DNA of 37,014 bases from Candidatus Hodarchaeum mangrovi (GCA_016839515.1 JAEOUE010000126.1:1-37014); one strand, 5' to 3'; positions 8,824 to 18,270 are shown, numbered from the stretch's first letter. Translations and numbers: made by a program. Notes: generated by a model not told the origin, from the sequence alone.

Positions 8824-9897
8824 TTAGATAACAGACTTAAATTTTTGTTTTGAATACCATGGATTGTTTTCTAAAAATTCGTTTAATTGTTGCATTGATT
8901 CTTCTAAATTAATTTTTGACTCAAATCCTATCATTTTCAGCTTGTGATCATCTATCCAAATATCCTGACCGAGCTTATCAAAAAGTACTGGAAGAAGAAG
9001 TGATTGTTCTTTTGCATGCTTAACTCTTCTAATAATACGAGTAAGATAAAACATGGGCTTAAAGAAAAATAATGGTACCGTTACAATATATATTTTCCTA
9101 TTTAATGTTTTAGATAATTCAATTACAAAATCACGAACAGTTGGGGTGAAACTAACTAAATTAAAAACTTCTCCATTCGATTTCTCATTCAATATACAGA
9201 GATAAATTGCGTGAGCAACATCTTTCACATCTACTAGACTTAACTTGTCTTTACCCCCTCGAGGAAGAGGTATATAAGATTTAAATATCATTCGGGCAAA
9301 TAAATCTATAGTAGTTCCTGAACCTCCAATAATGCCTGAAGGACGAAGTACCGTGATGTTTCGATTGGGATTTGCGTGAAAATATTGCCAAATACGGTCT
9401 TCAGCAAGAGCTTTTGTAAGTTCATAGGTAGGTTTCATAGTTAAATCTAAGGGCTGATTTTCCGTAATCCCTTGGCTACTTGAACCAGATAAATTACCAT
9501 AGACTGCTGCAGAGGAAATAAATATTAGCTTGTGAAGATTATTCTGGTGAAATCCATTTAATATCCGTTCAGTTCCAAGTACATTGACATCATAAAGCAG
9601 TTTATATGGTTGCCAGAAATTAAAAATTGCACCTGAATGGATTAAAGTAGTATTTTCTGGATCTTTTACACATGTAAAGGCATAAACAGATTCATTGCAA
9701 TTTAAATCGCCAAAAAACACATCTATTCCAATATTAATGCACCATTCAATAAAAACTTGGCGATCAGGAGAATAATTTTTCTTTCGGAGTAAAATCCGAA
9801 TAGCTTTTGGGCTATTTTTATATTCCGTTTCTTTTAATAAGTAATAAATCAAAGTTTTACCGACAAGACCTGTCGCACCCGTAATTAAGAGTGTCAT
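8824..9897 (-). CDS. NAD-dependent epimerase/dehydratase (extended SDR)
   Basis: TGATGLVG, NVLGT, FISSAAVYG, YELTK (YxxxK), LRP. Confidence 0.9.
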   Translation of the reverse strand: MTLLITGATGLVGKTLIYYLLKETEYKNSPKAIRILLRKKNYSPDRQVFIEWCINIGIDVFFGDLNCNESVYAFTCVKDPENTTLIHSGAIFNFWQPYKLLYDVNVLGTERILNGFHQNNLHKLIFISSAAVYGNLSGSSSQGITENQPLDLTMKPTYELTKALAEDRIWQYFHANPNRNITVLRPSGIIGGSGTTIDLFARMIFKSYIPLPRGGKDKLSLVDVKDVAHAIYLCILNEKSNGEVFNLVSFTPTVRDFVIELSKTLNRKIYIVTVPLFFFKPMFYLTRIIRRVKHAKEQSLLLPVLFDKLGQDIWIDDHKLKMIGFESKINLEESMQQLNEFLENNPWYSKQKFKSVI

Positions 9898-9974
9898 CCA
9901 GCCTCATTCCAAATGGAAAATCAAAATAGTTAAAGAAAGAAGCCTTAAAAGCTCCCCAAAATTATTATGAAAAG

Positions 9975-10832
9975 CTAGAAGAAATCATTCAGAGACATTT
10001 GTATCTGAAAGGGTTTTGGTTTCAAATATTTTGTACGATCTTGAAATCCTTTCACAGCAAGATTCTCTTTCTTAAACCGATTGTAAAGTATTATCGCATC
10101 GTTTATCGCATAACCTGAAAAACGGTTATTAATAACAACAAAAATGGTTTCATAATGTGCATTTAACTCACTAATTTTTTTCGACCATTGTTGTAACTCT
10201 ATTGATTTATCTAAGAACTTTTTTCCTAGCATTTCATCAGGAATCAGAGATCTATCCCCTAAAAGCCGAATATAATAGAAAGAATCATCAATGAAAGCAT
10301 CAGATTGAATTTTTAAATGAGGAGTATCAACTAATTGTATTGATTTATTTTGCAAGTATTTTAACACAGTATCTCTTATCCATGATGTATTGCGAAACTC
10401 AACAGCTATTTTATTTGTAAACAAAGATCTACACTTACCTAGCACTTGACGAAAAAAGTCAAAATTAGACTCTGAGTAATGGAAAAATTTAGGAAATTGA
10501 GCAATTATAATTTGGAGTTTTTCTTCAAGTTGTTCCATATTAAGAAAAAATTTTTCAATTATATTTTCAACTTTTTGAAATCTAGGAGAATAAGGATGTG
10601 TAATATCCTTAACCAGTTTTGCAGAGAAGATAAAATCTTTTGGAGTTTGCCAGTACCATAATCGTGATTGAGTATCCTTTGGAATACGGTAATATGAAGT
10701 GTTAATTTCATTAAATTGGGAATATTGAGTATAATATTCGAGTTCATTTCTGGTGCCTTTAGGATAGAACGTGCCCCGCCAATGTTGATAACTCCACCCC
10801 GCACATCCAAGATATATCATATTTAAGCACAA
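9975..10832 (-). CDS. DUF72 (YecE-like) TIM-barrel protein with a C-terminal PIP box
   Basis: IYLGCAGWSYQHWRGTFYP, EINTSYYRIP, FSAK, QFP, AVEFRN, YIRLLG; ends QMSLNDFF-stop. Likely start ATG 10820. Confidence 0.9.
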   Translation of the reverse strand: MCLNMIYLGCAGWSYQHWRGTFYPKGTRNELEYYTQYSQFNEINTSYYRIPKDTQSRLWYWQTPKDFIFSAKLVKDITHPYSPRFQKVENIIEKFFLNMEQLEEKLQIIIAQFPKFFHYSESNFDFFRQVLGKCRSLFTNKIAVEFRNTSWIRDTVLKYLQNKSIQLVDTPHLKIQSDAFIDDSFYYIRLLGDRSLIPDEMLGKKFLDKSIELQQWSKKISELNAHYETIFVVINNRFSGYAINDAIILYNRFKKENLAVKGFQDRTKYLKPKPFQIQMSLNDFF

Positions 10833-10960
10833 AAAATATAGTAATGTATGGGATTTAAAAATTTCATTGACTTGTTGTACCTTTAGAAATCAAACTGTCC
10901 TACAGATGAAATTTTCAGAAACAGTCTACAAATTAAAATATTACTTCACAAGTTATAAAG

Positions 10961-11101
10961 ATGCAGATTTGTGAACATAGAGAAACTGATCATCAAGATC
11001 TCCTAGAAATACATGAGCAAGACTTAAGACATTATTATTTCAATCGAATTGGAAAAAATTTACCCATAAATAGAATTAATTCGATTATATTAATGCAATA
11101 G
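10961..11101 (+). pseudogene. Possible remnant of a GNAT acetyltransferase N-terminus
   Basis: 46-codon ORF MQICEHRETDHQDLLEIHEQ... resembles the 'IR.Y...D...L.EI' start of GNATs; stops follow. Confidence 0.25.
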
Positions 11102-11214
11102 AATTTGTAGCTGTTAGTTATGAGCTATTGATGAGTTATTAGGGAAGAAATTAGATTTCACCTATTAATCAGTTGATGATAGAGACATTCTGGATCTAAA
11201 TTATAATAACCAAG

Positions 11215-12351
11215 TCAATCTTTAACAAGAAATCTATCTAACTTATCTTTTGCCTTTTCTCGTTCTTTACGGTGATGTATTAAAAATTCATTGGCCTTTT
11301 CTATAAGAATATTCTTTAAATCTCCTGTTAATAAATCTCCTGTTCGATAATCTTCTTCAATTTTCTTTAATTTTTGATCATCAGGTTCAAAAAGTAGTTT
11401 TAACCATTGAAAGCTGACATCTATGTCAGGATTTCCTCCAAGTTCTCGATGTTCTTTTATAGTTGCTTGGCCACCTGAAAAAGCATATTTTATTATTTTA
11501 TTCTTAACTGATTTAGGTGTATCGGTAACAAAAATCGTTTCTGTCGGGTCGCTAGCTGACATCTTGCTTTCTGGACCACTTAGACCAGGAATAAATTGAC
11601 ATTGAATATTACCAGGTTTATAAAATCCAAGTTTTGGTAAAACATCTCTAGCAACACGAAAATGAGGATCTTGATCTATGGCATGTGGAATAAGACATGG
11701 GATATTTTTACCTTGTTTAACACTTTCTAAAATAGCAGGAACTGCCTGAATGCTTGTATAAAAAATACTACCAATATTCATGGAATTGTCAAAGCCGAAG
11801 GAAGCTTTAACAGTTGAAAAAGTTATTTTTTTAGCAATAGGTAAAGCAAGTTTATAGAAAGTTTTTGCGTTATCGGTATCAATATAAATTTCTGTTTTAT
11901 TAGGATCGAAACCTAGGGCAATAACATCAAGAGCGTTATCAAGTGCATAGGAATAAGTATCAGAAAGTTCTAATTCCTCTTTAAACAAAAACTTCTCATC
12001 ATCAGTCAATTGGAATATTAATTTGGCATCGAATTTATCTTGAAGCCATTTTGTAAAAACCCAAGGAACAAGATGTCCTAAATGAGTATGATCTGAAGGC
12101 CCTCGACCTGTATATAAATGGAATTTATTTCCCTTTTCAAATTCATCTAGAATCCAATCCATATCGCGATGTGTAAAGAAAATCCCTCGACGAAGCATAA
12201 AGTGTAAATCACCAGCATGTCGACGGATTCGTTCTAGAAGGTCTTCAGTGATAGGACTTGTTCCAAATTTTTCCATAAGACGGTTATAGTCAATTTTTCC
12301 ATGAACTTCCCAAGGGGTAACCACGAAATCGTTATTTTGTTCATTAACCAT
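11215..12351 (-). CDS. trpS: Tryptophanyl-tRNA synthetase, archaeal/eukaryotic type
   Basis: VTPWEV, LYTGRGPS, HLGH (HIGH), QLTDDEKFL, AIDQDPHFR, KMSAS, KYAFSGG. Confidence 0.97.
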   Translation of the reverse strand: MVNEQNNDFVVTPWEVHGKIDYNRLMEKFGTSPITEDLLERIRRHAGDLHFMLRRGIFFTHRDMDWILDEFEKGNKFHLYTGRGPSDHTHLGHLVPWVFTKWLQDKFDAKLIFQLTDDEKFLFKEELELSDTYSYALDNALDVIALGFDPNKTEIYIDTDNAKTFYKLALPIAKKITFSTVKASFGFDNSMNIGSIFYTSIQAVPAILESVKQGKNIPCLIPHAIDQDPHFRVARDVLPKLGFYKPGNIQCQFIPGLSGPESKMSASDPTETIFVTDTPKSVKNKIIKYAFSGGQATIKEHRELGGNPDIDVSFQWLKLLFEPDDQKLKKIEEDYRTGDLLTGDLKNILIEKANEFLIHHRKEREKAKDKLDRFLVKD

Positions 12352-12420
12352 ATTAAAGGTTCTCCAAATGTCTTAAATGGATTTTTAACTGAATTTGGCT
12401 AAATTCAGAACCCTTTAATA
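12351..12420 (-). promoter_or_regulatory. Structured 5' leader of trpS (three-way junction abutting the start codon)
   Basis: Plus-strand ATTAAAGGTTC 12352-12362 is complementary, with one bulge, to GAACCCTTTAAT 12408-12419. It encloses TGAATTT/AAATTCA (12390-12407) and TCCA/TGGA (12363-12381) hairpins. Confidence 0.45.
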
Positions 12421-12487
12421 AGAATATCCAAAATATATATATTGAATGGAATTAACCCTTTTTTTCTCCTCTTTAGTGGGATGATTC

Positions 12488-13609
12488 TTGCCTCAAGAGA
12501 TTACAATAATAGGGGGGAATGTTGCGGGGTTAGCATCTGCATATTATCTGTCAAAAAAGGGGATCAATGTTACAGTTTATGAGTCAAAGATATGGAATAA
12601 ACCTTGTGGAGGAGCGATAAGCCTTGAGTTTGATTATTATTTACGAAATGTTCTAAGCGTTTTTTTGGAGGGATCAGATCATTTTACTGAACGATTTCGG
12701 GTTGGTATGTGGAATGGACGATGTATGGAAGATGAAGGAATATTTAGAATAATTTCGCGTCATGATCTCCAAGAAAAATTAATCAATCGGATAGAGAAAG
12801 AAGAAGGTGTTAAAATTAATTTTAAACAGGTATCTGTTAGAGATAATCATCTATTTACGCCACAAACAATTGTAGCAACAGGATATAGTGGATTTTCGCA
12901 AAAAATTTTCCGACGAAAATGGCATCCTTCCGAGTTTGCATTTACGATTCGATATGATGGAATAATTGAAGAAGGAAAATTCCCAAACACAAACCTGATT
13001 ATTCTTGATTCCAAAAAAATGGGTTATGGATGGATTTTTATTGGTAAAGGCAATCATGTGAACATTGGTGTAGGTGCTTTAGCTCCTCGTGAGTATGTTT
13101 GGAAAAAATATTATGAGCTCTTTAATATTATAAAAGAAAAATATGGTTATTATATCGATACACCTCAAGCTAAGCCAAAATGCTGGATATTGCCAATGTT
13201 GGTTAACAAGCTCAAATATCCAGTAAATCAAAAACAAAATGGGATTGAATTTATTGGAGTTGGTGATACCTTAGGACTGGCTCATGCGATTTCAGGAGCT
13301 GGGATAGAGCCAGCTTGGATGTCAGGATGGGTATTAGCTGAAAGTTTAAATGATAAAAGGCAGATTAATGTAAAAAAATATACTCAATTATTAAAAGTCA
13401 ATCTTAGAAAAACTGTATGGCGTAGAACTGATCATTTATTATCTTTCCTTAGTCGAAAACCAATTCCTTTCAAAAGTTCACTTGGATATTATAGCCTTCA
13501 TATTGTACGCCATAGAATGATAAAAATGATGAGGAAGTATCCTTGGTTCGCTTTTGTTCATAATGGAATCAGAGAAACAGGCTTTTCCTTAGAGAAAATG
13601 AGTGATTAA
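12488..13609 (+). CDS. Geranylgeranyl-reductase-family FAD-dependent oxidoreductase
   Basis: IIGGNVAG, VYE, KPCGG, GYGWIF, NIGVG, VGDTLG...SGAGI. Confidence 0.85.
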   Translation: MPQEITIIGGNVAGLASAYYLSKKGINVTVYESKIWNKPCGGAISLEFDYYLRNVLSVFLEGSDHFTERFRVGMWNGRCMEDEGIFRIISRHDLQEKLINRIEKEEGVKINFKQVSVRDNHLFTPQTIVATGYSGFSQKIFRRKWHPSEFAFTIRYDGIIEEGKFPNTNLIILDSKKMGYGWIFIGKGNHVNIGVGALAPREYVWKKYYELFNIIKEKYGYYIDTPQAKPKCWILPMLVNKLKYPVNQKQNGIEFIGVGDTLGLAHAISGAGIEPAWMSGWVLAESLNDKRQINVKKYTQLLKVNLRKTVWRRTDHLLSFLSRKPIPFKSSLGYYSLHIVRHRMIKMMRKYPWFAFVHNGIRETGFSLEKMSD

Positions 13610-13618
13610 AAGCAAAAA

Positions 13619-14410
13619 TTACAGAATTTTCTTTTCTTTTAGAAGATCAACAGATTCAATGGCACATTTAATCGCAGAATTGAGCCCCTCATTAAATTTT
13701 TTTATATTAGTATTTTTATCCCCAGCATAAATATTTGTATTGTCAGGGAGATTTCCGTCAGAAGTTAAGATAGATCCAGTAAGAATATCAATTGATTTTG
13801 TGGCAGGAAAAGTGAAGAGAATGGAAGACTCCATTTCTACACAGATAGCACCGAAATTAGCCCACTTTTTATAATCAAGTGGATCATTAGAGTAATAAAT
13901 ATCTGTTGACAAAACAATTCCCTTCTTGGGAGAGAGTTGGAGAACTTTAGCAGCTTCAAGAAGACTCTGATACAATAAAGGATTAGCTGTAGCAGGGTAT
14001 GAAAGGGGTATAAATCGTATTGAAGTTCCTTCATCACGGATCGCAGCATGTGGAATGAAGATAGTTCCAATACCCATATCCTTACCACTCTTTAAAGATC
14101 CAGTAGAACCAATTCGAATGAAGATTTTAGCTCCTGCGCGATAAGCTTCTTCTAATACTATTGCAGTACTTGGACACCCCATACCTGTCGTTAAAATTGT
14201 AATAGGAGTTTTAGTTCTTGGAGAGACTCCCCTATAACTTATTAATCCCCTATGTTCTATAAGTTTCTGAGATTTTTCTAAAAAACTAGCTATAAGGGGA
14301 ACACGATCAGGATTTCCACTTAAAAAACAGATTTCATCCACAGTTTCAAGTTTAATGTGAGGCTGAGGCATGGTCATCATTTTCATATCCGATATTTTAT
14401 GGAAAATCAA
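13619..14410 (-). CDS. Nucleoside phosphorylase (uridine/purine, NP-I family)
   Basis: SGNPDRV, TGMGCPS, IRIGSTGS, AIRDEGTS, VEMESS. The true start may be ATG 14383 or slightly downstream. Confidence 0.9.
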   Translation of the reverse strand: MIFHKISDMKMMTMPQPHIKLETVDEICFLSGNPDRVPLIASFLEKSQKLIEHRGLISYRGVSPRTKTPITILTTGMGCPSTAIVLEEAYRAGAKIFIRIGSTGSLKSGKDMGIGTIFIPHAAIRDEGTSIRFIPLSYPATANPLLYQSLLEAAKVLQLSPKKGIVLSTDIYYSNDPLDYKKWANFGAICVEMESSILFTFPATKSIDILTGSILTSDGNLPDNTNIYAGDKNTNIKKFNEGLNSAIKCAIESVDLLKEKKIL

Positions 14411-14528
14411 TCGTATCCAATATTTTTAAAAATTCTCAATCAATTCCTAGATTGTTATGAATTATTCTTTAAAAAGAGCATCAAAAAGTATTATATTCAT
14501 TTAATCAACATTTGAAAGGTTTTCCTAA

Positions 14529-14825
14529 ATGAGTCTAAAATCATGTATTTTATTAATTTCTTGTTTGAATGAATCATTTTGTCTTAAATATAAGATCTGG
14601 TTAAATGAGTGTCCCTCTGCCTGCCCTTATTTTCAGTTTGGTGAAAGTGGATTATGTAATGATTTTAAAGAAGAAAACTTCAATATTAAATGCATATATT
14701 TAACACGCTTTGGACTAGGAAACGATTATCCAAAATTTTATTGTAATTTATTGCAAATAGAGTCCCCTATCTGTAAAAAGTGTGTGTTAAGAGAGTACAT
14801 AGAAAGTGATGAACTAAATACATAA
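14529..14825 (+). CDS. Small Cys-rich protein with an internal duplication
   Basis: Two units: C-ILL...FC-x9-C-x3-C and C-IYL...YC-x9-C-x2-C. Confidence 0.6.
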   Translation: MSLKSCILLISCLNESFCLKYKIWLNECPSACPYFQFGESGLCNDFKEENFNIKCIYLTRFGLGNDYPKFYCNLLQIESPICKKCVLREYIESDELNT

Positions 14826-14831
14826 AATGTT

Positions 14832-15080
14832 TCATGAAACATTCAATGTCATAAGAGGGGGATTTGAGGAGAAAGAATGCCCAATTTTATCCTGAAAGGA
14901 TTCCAAGGTATAGTTATTTCCAGAGGAATCATGAATTTGAAACATAACTTCTTCGATTAATATTTTAAAGACATCAATACTCATTGTAGGATAAAATGTA
15001 TTACCTGTATAGGTACCTAGAGGAAGAATTTGGAGTTTATTCTTCCCATTCTTTCTCTCAAGGTAATAATAAGTATTCAT
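14832..15080 (-). CDS. Hypothetical protein
   Basis: 82-aa ORF preceded by a GGTGA RBS; fills the gap between neighbouring genes. Confidence 0.55.
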   Translation of the reverse strand: MNTYYYLERKNGKNKLQILPLGTYTGNTFYPTMSIDVFKILIEEVMFQIHDSSGNNYTLESFQDKIGHSFSSNPPLMTLNVS

Positions 15081-15191
15081 ATTTCTATCACCACAGCATG
15101 AAAACCTAGATTAAAAATAGAGAAGTAAACTATTTAGAAAATATCATGTAATATCTCAATAATATCTGAGGATATAGATTAAGAACTTCTT

Positions 15192-15884
15192 TTAGAGGAA
15201 TAATAAGAAAATTCCTATCAAAATAAATAAAAATCCGCTAAGAATGGTAAGACCTCTCCGTGGTATAATTTTAGCAATGGAATCACCAGCAAAAACCCCA
15301 ATTCCATTTACTATGATTAAAGCAGACAATGCTCCAAAAAATACACCAATTGGATTAAGCTGAGTGGAGAGTCCCATCCCCATGAGCATAGTTTTATCGC
15401 CTAATTCAGCAAGGAAAATTAACATACTTGATTTTAAGAAAGCTCCTTTTCTAACAGTCATATCAAGGAAGTGATCACATCTATCCATTTCAGGACAATT
15501 CTCTCTTGGTTCTGTACATTTATCTAGAGAAACTGGGCAAATCTGTAATTGAGATTCATTTGTTCTTCGAATCTCCATAAAAAGAAACACAAATCCTCCC
15601 GATATGAATAAAAATCCAATTATAGGTTTTAAGAGAGTTAAATCTATTGTATTCTTAATTATCAATCCGAGAATAATCGCAAGGAGTGTAACACCAGTTA
15701 AACCTATGATAATTCCAAGAAAAACTCTTATCGGGCTTCTAAATCTTAAACTTAACGCAAAAGCTGTTAATTGTGTTTTATCTCCTAGTTCCATAAGAAT
15801 AACTGGTACAAGGGATAGAAAAAAAGCCTGTACCACTTCAGAAATAAACATGGTCAATGTTTGTTCATATAAGGGATTTTTCAA
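15192..15884 (-). CDS. GDT1/TMEM165 (UPF0016) Ca2+/Mn2+ transporter
   Basis: Two family signatures, ELGDKTQL and ELGDKTML, in a 6-TM protein with a Cys-rich central loop. Confidence 0.92.
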   Translation of the reverse strand: MKNPLYEQTLTMFISEVVQAFFLSLVPVILMELGDKTQLTAFALSLRFRSPIRVFLGIIIGLTGVTLLAIILGLIIKNTIDLTLLKPIIGFLFISGGFVFLFMEIRRTNESQLQICPVSLDKCTEPRENCPEMDRCDHFLDMTVRKGAFLKSSMLIFLAELGDKTMLMGMGLSTQLNPIGVFFGALSALIIVNGIGVFAGDSIAKIIPRRGLTILSGFLFILIGIFLLFL

Positions 15885-15971
15885 TATACTTCAAAAGGAA
15901 TTGGATTAATGCCTAAATCCTAATCAAGTATACTTTTTAAGGAGTCCCCCCCAAAAAAAATGGTGTTTTAG

Positions 15972-16421
15972 TTGAAAAAATTAACAACAGATCGATTTCT
16001 AAAAATCTCATTTCTCATTGGAGGAATTTATGACCTAATTTTAGGCATCAGTCTCTTATTTATTCCTGATATAATGATAAATATTCTTGATTCAATAAAT
16101 TTCTCAGTATCTAAACCTGAAAATATGCTTTTTGCTCAAACGAGTGCATTGTTTCTAATTGCAGTTGGATATATGTTATTATATGCTGCATATTATACAC
16201 CAGTTAAATTCGCATTTATTGGAATGAGTTCTGCAATAATTCGCTTTGGATATACGCTTGTAGTTCTATTTACAGCATTTACTAAAGGAGTTGAATCAGG
16301 GTTTCTTTTAACTGCAATGGCTGATTTGTTAACAAGTTTATTGTTGATTTTTGCGTTAGTTATGACCGAGGGGGTTTCATGGAAACAACTTTGGAGGTAT
16401 AGTCCTTCTAATAGAACCTAG
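15972..16421 (+). CDS. Hypothetical 4-TM membrane protein
   Basis: Four hydrophobic segments; GIYDLILG and DLL motifs. Confidence 0.75.
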   Translation: MKKLTTDRFLKISFLIGGIYDLILGISLLFIPDIMINILDSINFSVSKPENMLFAQTSALFLIAVGYMLLYAAYYTPVKFAFIGMSSAIIRFGYTLVVLFTAFTKGVESGFLLTAMADLLTSLLLIFALVMTEGVSWKQLWRYSPSNRT

Positions 16422-16458
16422 GTGTTAACTTAACATGGTTTACCAAGAAATTCAACCA

Positions 16459-16476
16459 CGAAAAAAGATATTTAAG
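16459..16476 (+). promoter_or_regulatory. Archaeal BRE-TATA promoter candidate
   Basis: CGAAAAAAGATATTTAAG, about 200 nt upstream of the likely thrC start. Confidence 0.4.
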
Positions 16477-16681
16477 GTTTTAATACTAAAAATTGTCTTT
16501 TGGGTGCTTGAAAGAGCGATTTCCTCCACTTCTAAATTTGATTCTCAAATCAAAGCGAAAATATAAACTTGGCCTTTAAATACAAGTATAAAATTCTTTG
16601 CTCCTAACAATGGGTCAATTGAACTATATGATTCATTGCCCTTACTTCAAAAAGCTTATGAGAATTACAAGGGATAATGTG

Positions 16682-17851
16682 ATGAAAAGACCTTTAAATA
16701 AATCTCTTCTTTCTAATTTACGTTGTACTGCTTGCAAATCTAAATACGAATCTCAAAAAATTTATACTACTTGCCCACGATGTGGCAAAATCCTTTTTGC
16801 TGAATATGAGCTTGAAAAGGCGAAGGAGAATATTTTAAATCTCGAAAATAGAAGTTTTAACATTTGGCGATTTAGCGAAATAATGCCCGTTATAAATCCT
16901 AAATACCAGTATACATTGGGTGAAGGATGGACCCCACTCCTTAAATTGAGAAGATCAGCCAAAAGTCTGAAAAAACTCTTTTTAAAGGATGAAGGATTAA
17001 ACCCAACAGGGACTTTTAAAAGTAGAGGCTTATGTGCTGCTGTTTCTAAAGCAAAAGAGCTTGGGATAACCAAATTTGTTATCCCGACTGCAGGAAATGC
17101 AGGTGCAGCACTAGCTGCTTATTGCGCATGTGTTGGCGCAGAGGCACATATTTTTATGCCCTCTGACACCCCTGAAATGTTAATAGCTGAGGTACGTATG
17201 TTTGGAGGAAATATTACTTTAGTAGATGGTTTAATCAATACTGCTGCTACTCTAGTTCATGAAAAAAGCATAGAATTAAATTGGTTTGATGTTTCAACAT
17301 TAAAAGAACCATATCGTGTAGAGGGGAAGAAAACAATGGCGTTTGAGATTGTAGAACAAAATAATTGGGAAGTCCCAGATGTCATAATTTATCCTACAGG
17401 AGGAGGAACTGGAATTGTGGGGATGTGGAAAGCCTTTAATGAGATGGAAGGATTAGGATTGATAGGATCAAAACGACCTCGGATGGTTTCAGTTCAAACT
17501 GAAGGATGTGCTCCTATTTGGAAGGCTTTTCAAAAAAATCAGACAAAAGCTGAAGAATTTGATAACGCTTCTACTCTTGCACCAGGTTTACGTGTTCCAA
17601 AGGCATTCGGTGATTATTTGATCTTAAGAGCAATCTATGACTCGGGAGGAACTGTGGTTAAAGTTACTGATGCAGAGATAATAAGAGCAATGAATATCCT
17701 AGCAAAAGATGAAGGAATTCTACAAGCTCCAGAAGCAGCAGCTACTTATGCATCATTAGATTATCTATTAGAAAATAAATTTCTAGATAAGAGTGAAGAA
17801 ATAATTCTCTTTGGAACTGGCTCGGGATTGATCTACCCCCATTTATGGTAA
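16682..17851 (+). CDS. thrC: Threonine synthase (PLP-dependent, fold II)
   Basis: N-terminal CTAC/CPRC, TLGEGWTPL, KDEGLNPTGTFKSRG, PTAGNAG, EGKKTM, PTGGG, TGSG. Start placed at GTG 16679/ATG 16682 rather than TTG 16598. Confidence 0.88.
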   Translation: MKRPLNKSLLSNLRCTACKSKYESQKIYTTCPRCGKILFAEYELEKAKENILNLENRSFNIWRFSEIMPVINPKYQYTLGEGWTPLLKLRRSAKSLKKLFLKDEGLNPTGTFKSRGLCAAVSKAKELGITKFVIPTAGNAGAALAAYCACVGAEAHIFMPSDTPEMLIAEVRMFGGNITLVDGLINTAATLVHEKSIELNWFDVSTLKEPYRVEGKKTMAFEIVEQNNWEVPDVIIYPTGGGTGIVGMWKAFNEMEGLGLIGSKRPRMVSVQTEGCAPIWKAFQKNQTKAEEFDNASTLAPGLRVPKAFGDYLILRAIYDSGGTVVKVTDAEIIRAMNILAKDEGILQAPEAAATYASLDYLLENKFLDKSEEIILFGTGSGLIYPHLW

Positions 17852-17859
17852 AAAGATTA

Positions 17860-18270
17860 ATTTTCATGAGAGCTGATTTAAGTGAGTTAATAAAGAAATT
17901 TGACCAATGAGTAGAGTCATACTCAATAAGATAAAGAAGAATCCACTTTATTGAATAACTATCATTTTCAGAAATAAAAAGCTTATCAAAATCAGGGATC
18001 ACGTTTAATTTTTATATCATTTTTATTCTAACTTCATTTAATCTGTCTAAGTAAAGTAATTTAGATTCTCCTTTAAAATGAGGAAGATTAATAGATTCAT
18101 GTAGAAAAAAGGTATATTTCCAATTCTAAAAATCCATCCTTAAGCCAGAGATGTCTTTTAAAATACATAACCATTCTATTGCAACAATTTAAAGTAAAAG
18201 TGTACCAATAACTTCTAAATTTTCTCATTAAGTATAAAATCGTGAACATCAGTATCTAGTACACTTATTA
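17860..18270 (-). pseudogene. Decayed DinB/DUF664-superfamily gene
   Basis: Fragments IGTLLL*IVAIEW (18171-18209) and YLDRLNEVR...YSIKWILLYLIEYDSTHW match the DinB 'IG.LL.H...E' and 'W.L.H..EH..H' helices. Stops and frameshifts present. Confidence 0.5.

Noticed and set aside
16598-16681. N-terminal extension of thrC in the ORF track
   Set aside because: Not threonine-synthase-like and overlaps predicted leader hairpins; GTG 16679/ATG 16682 fits the family length better.
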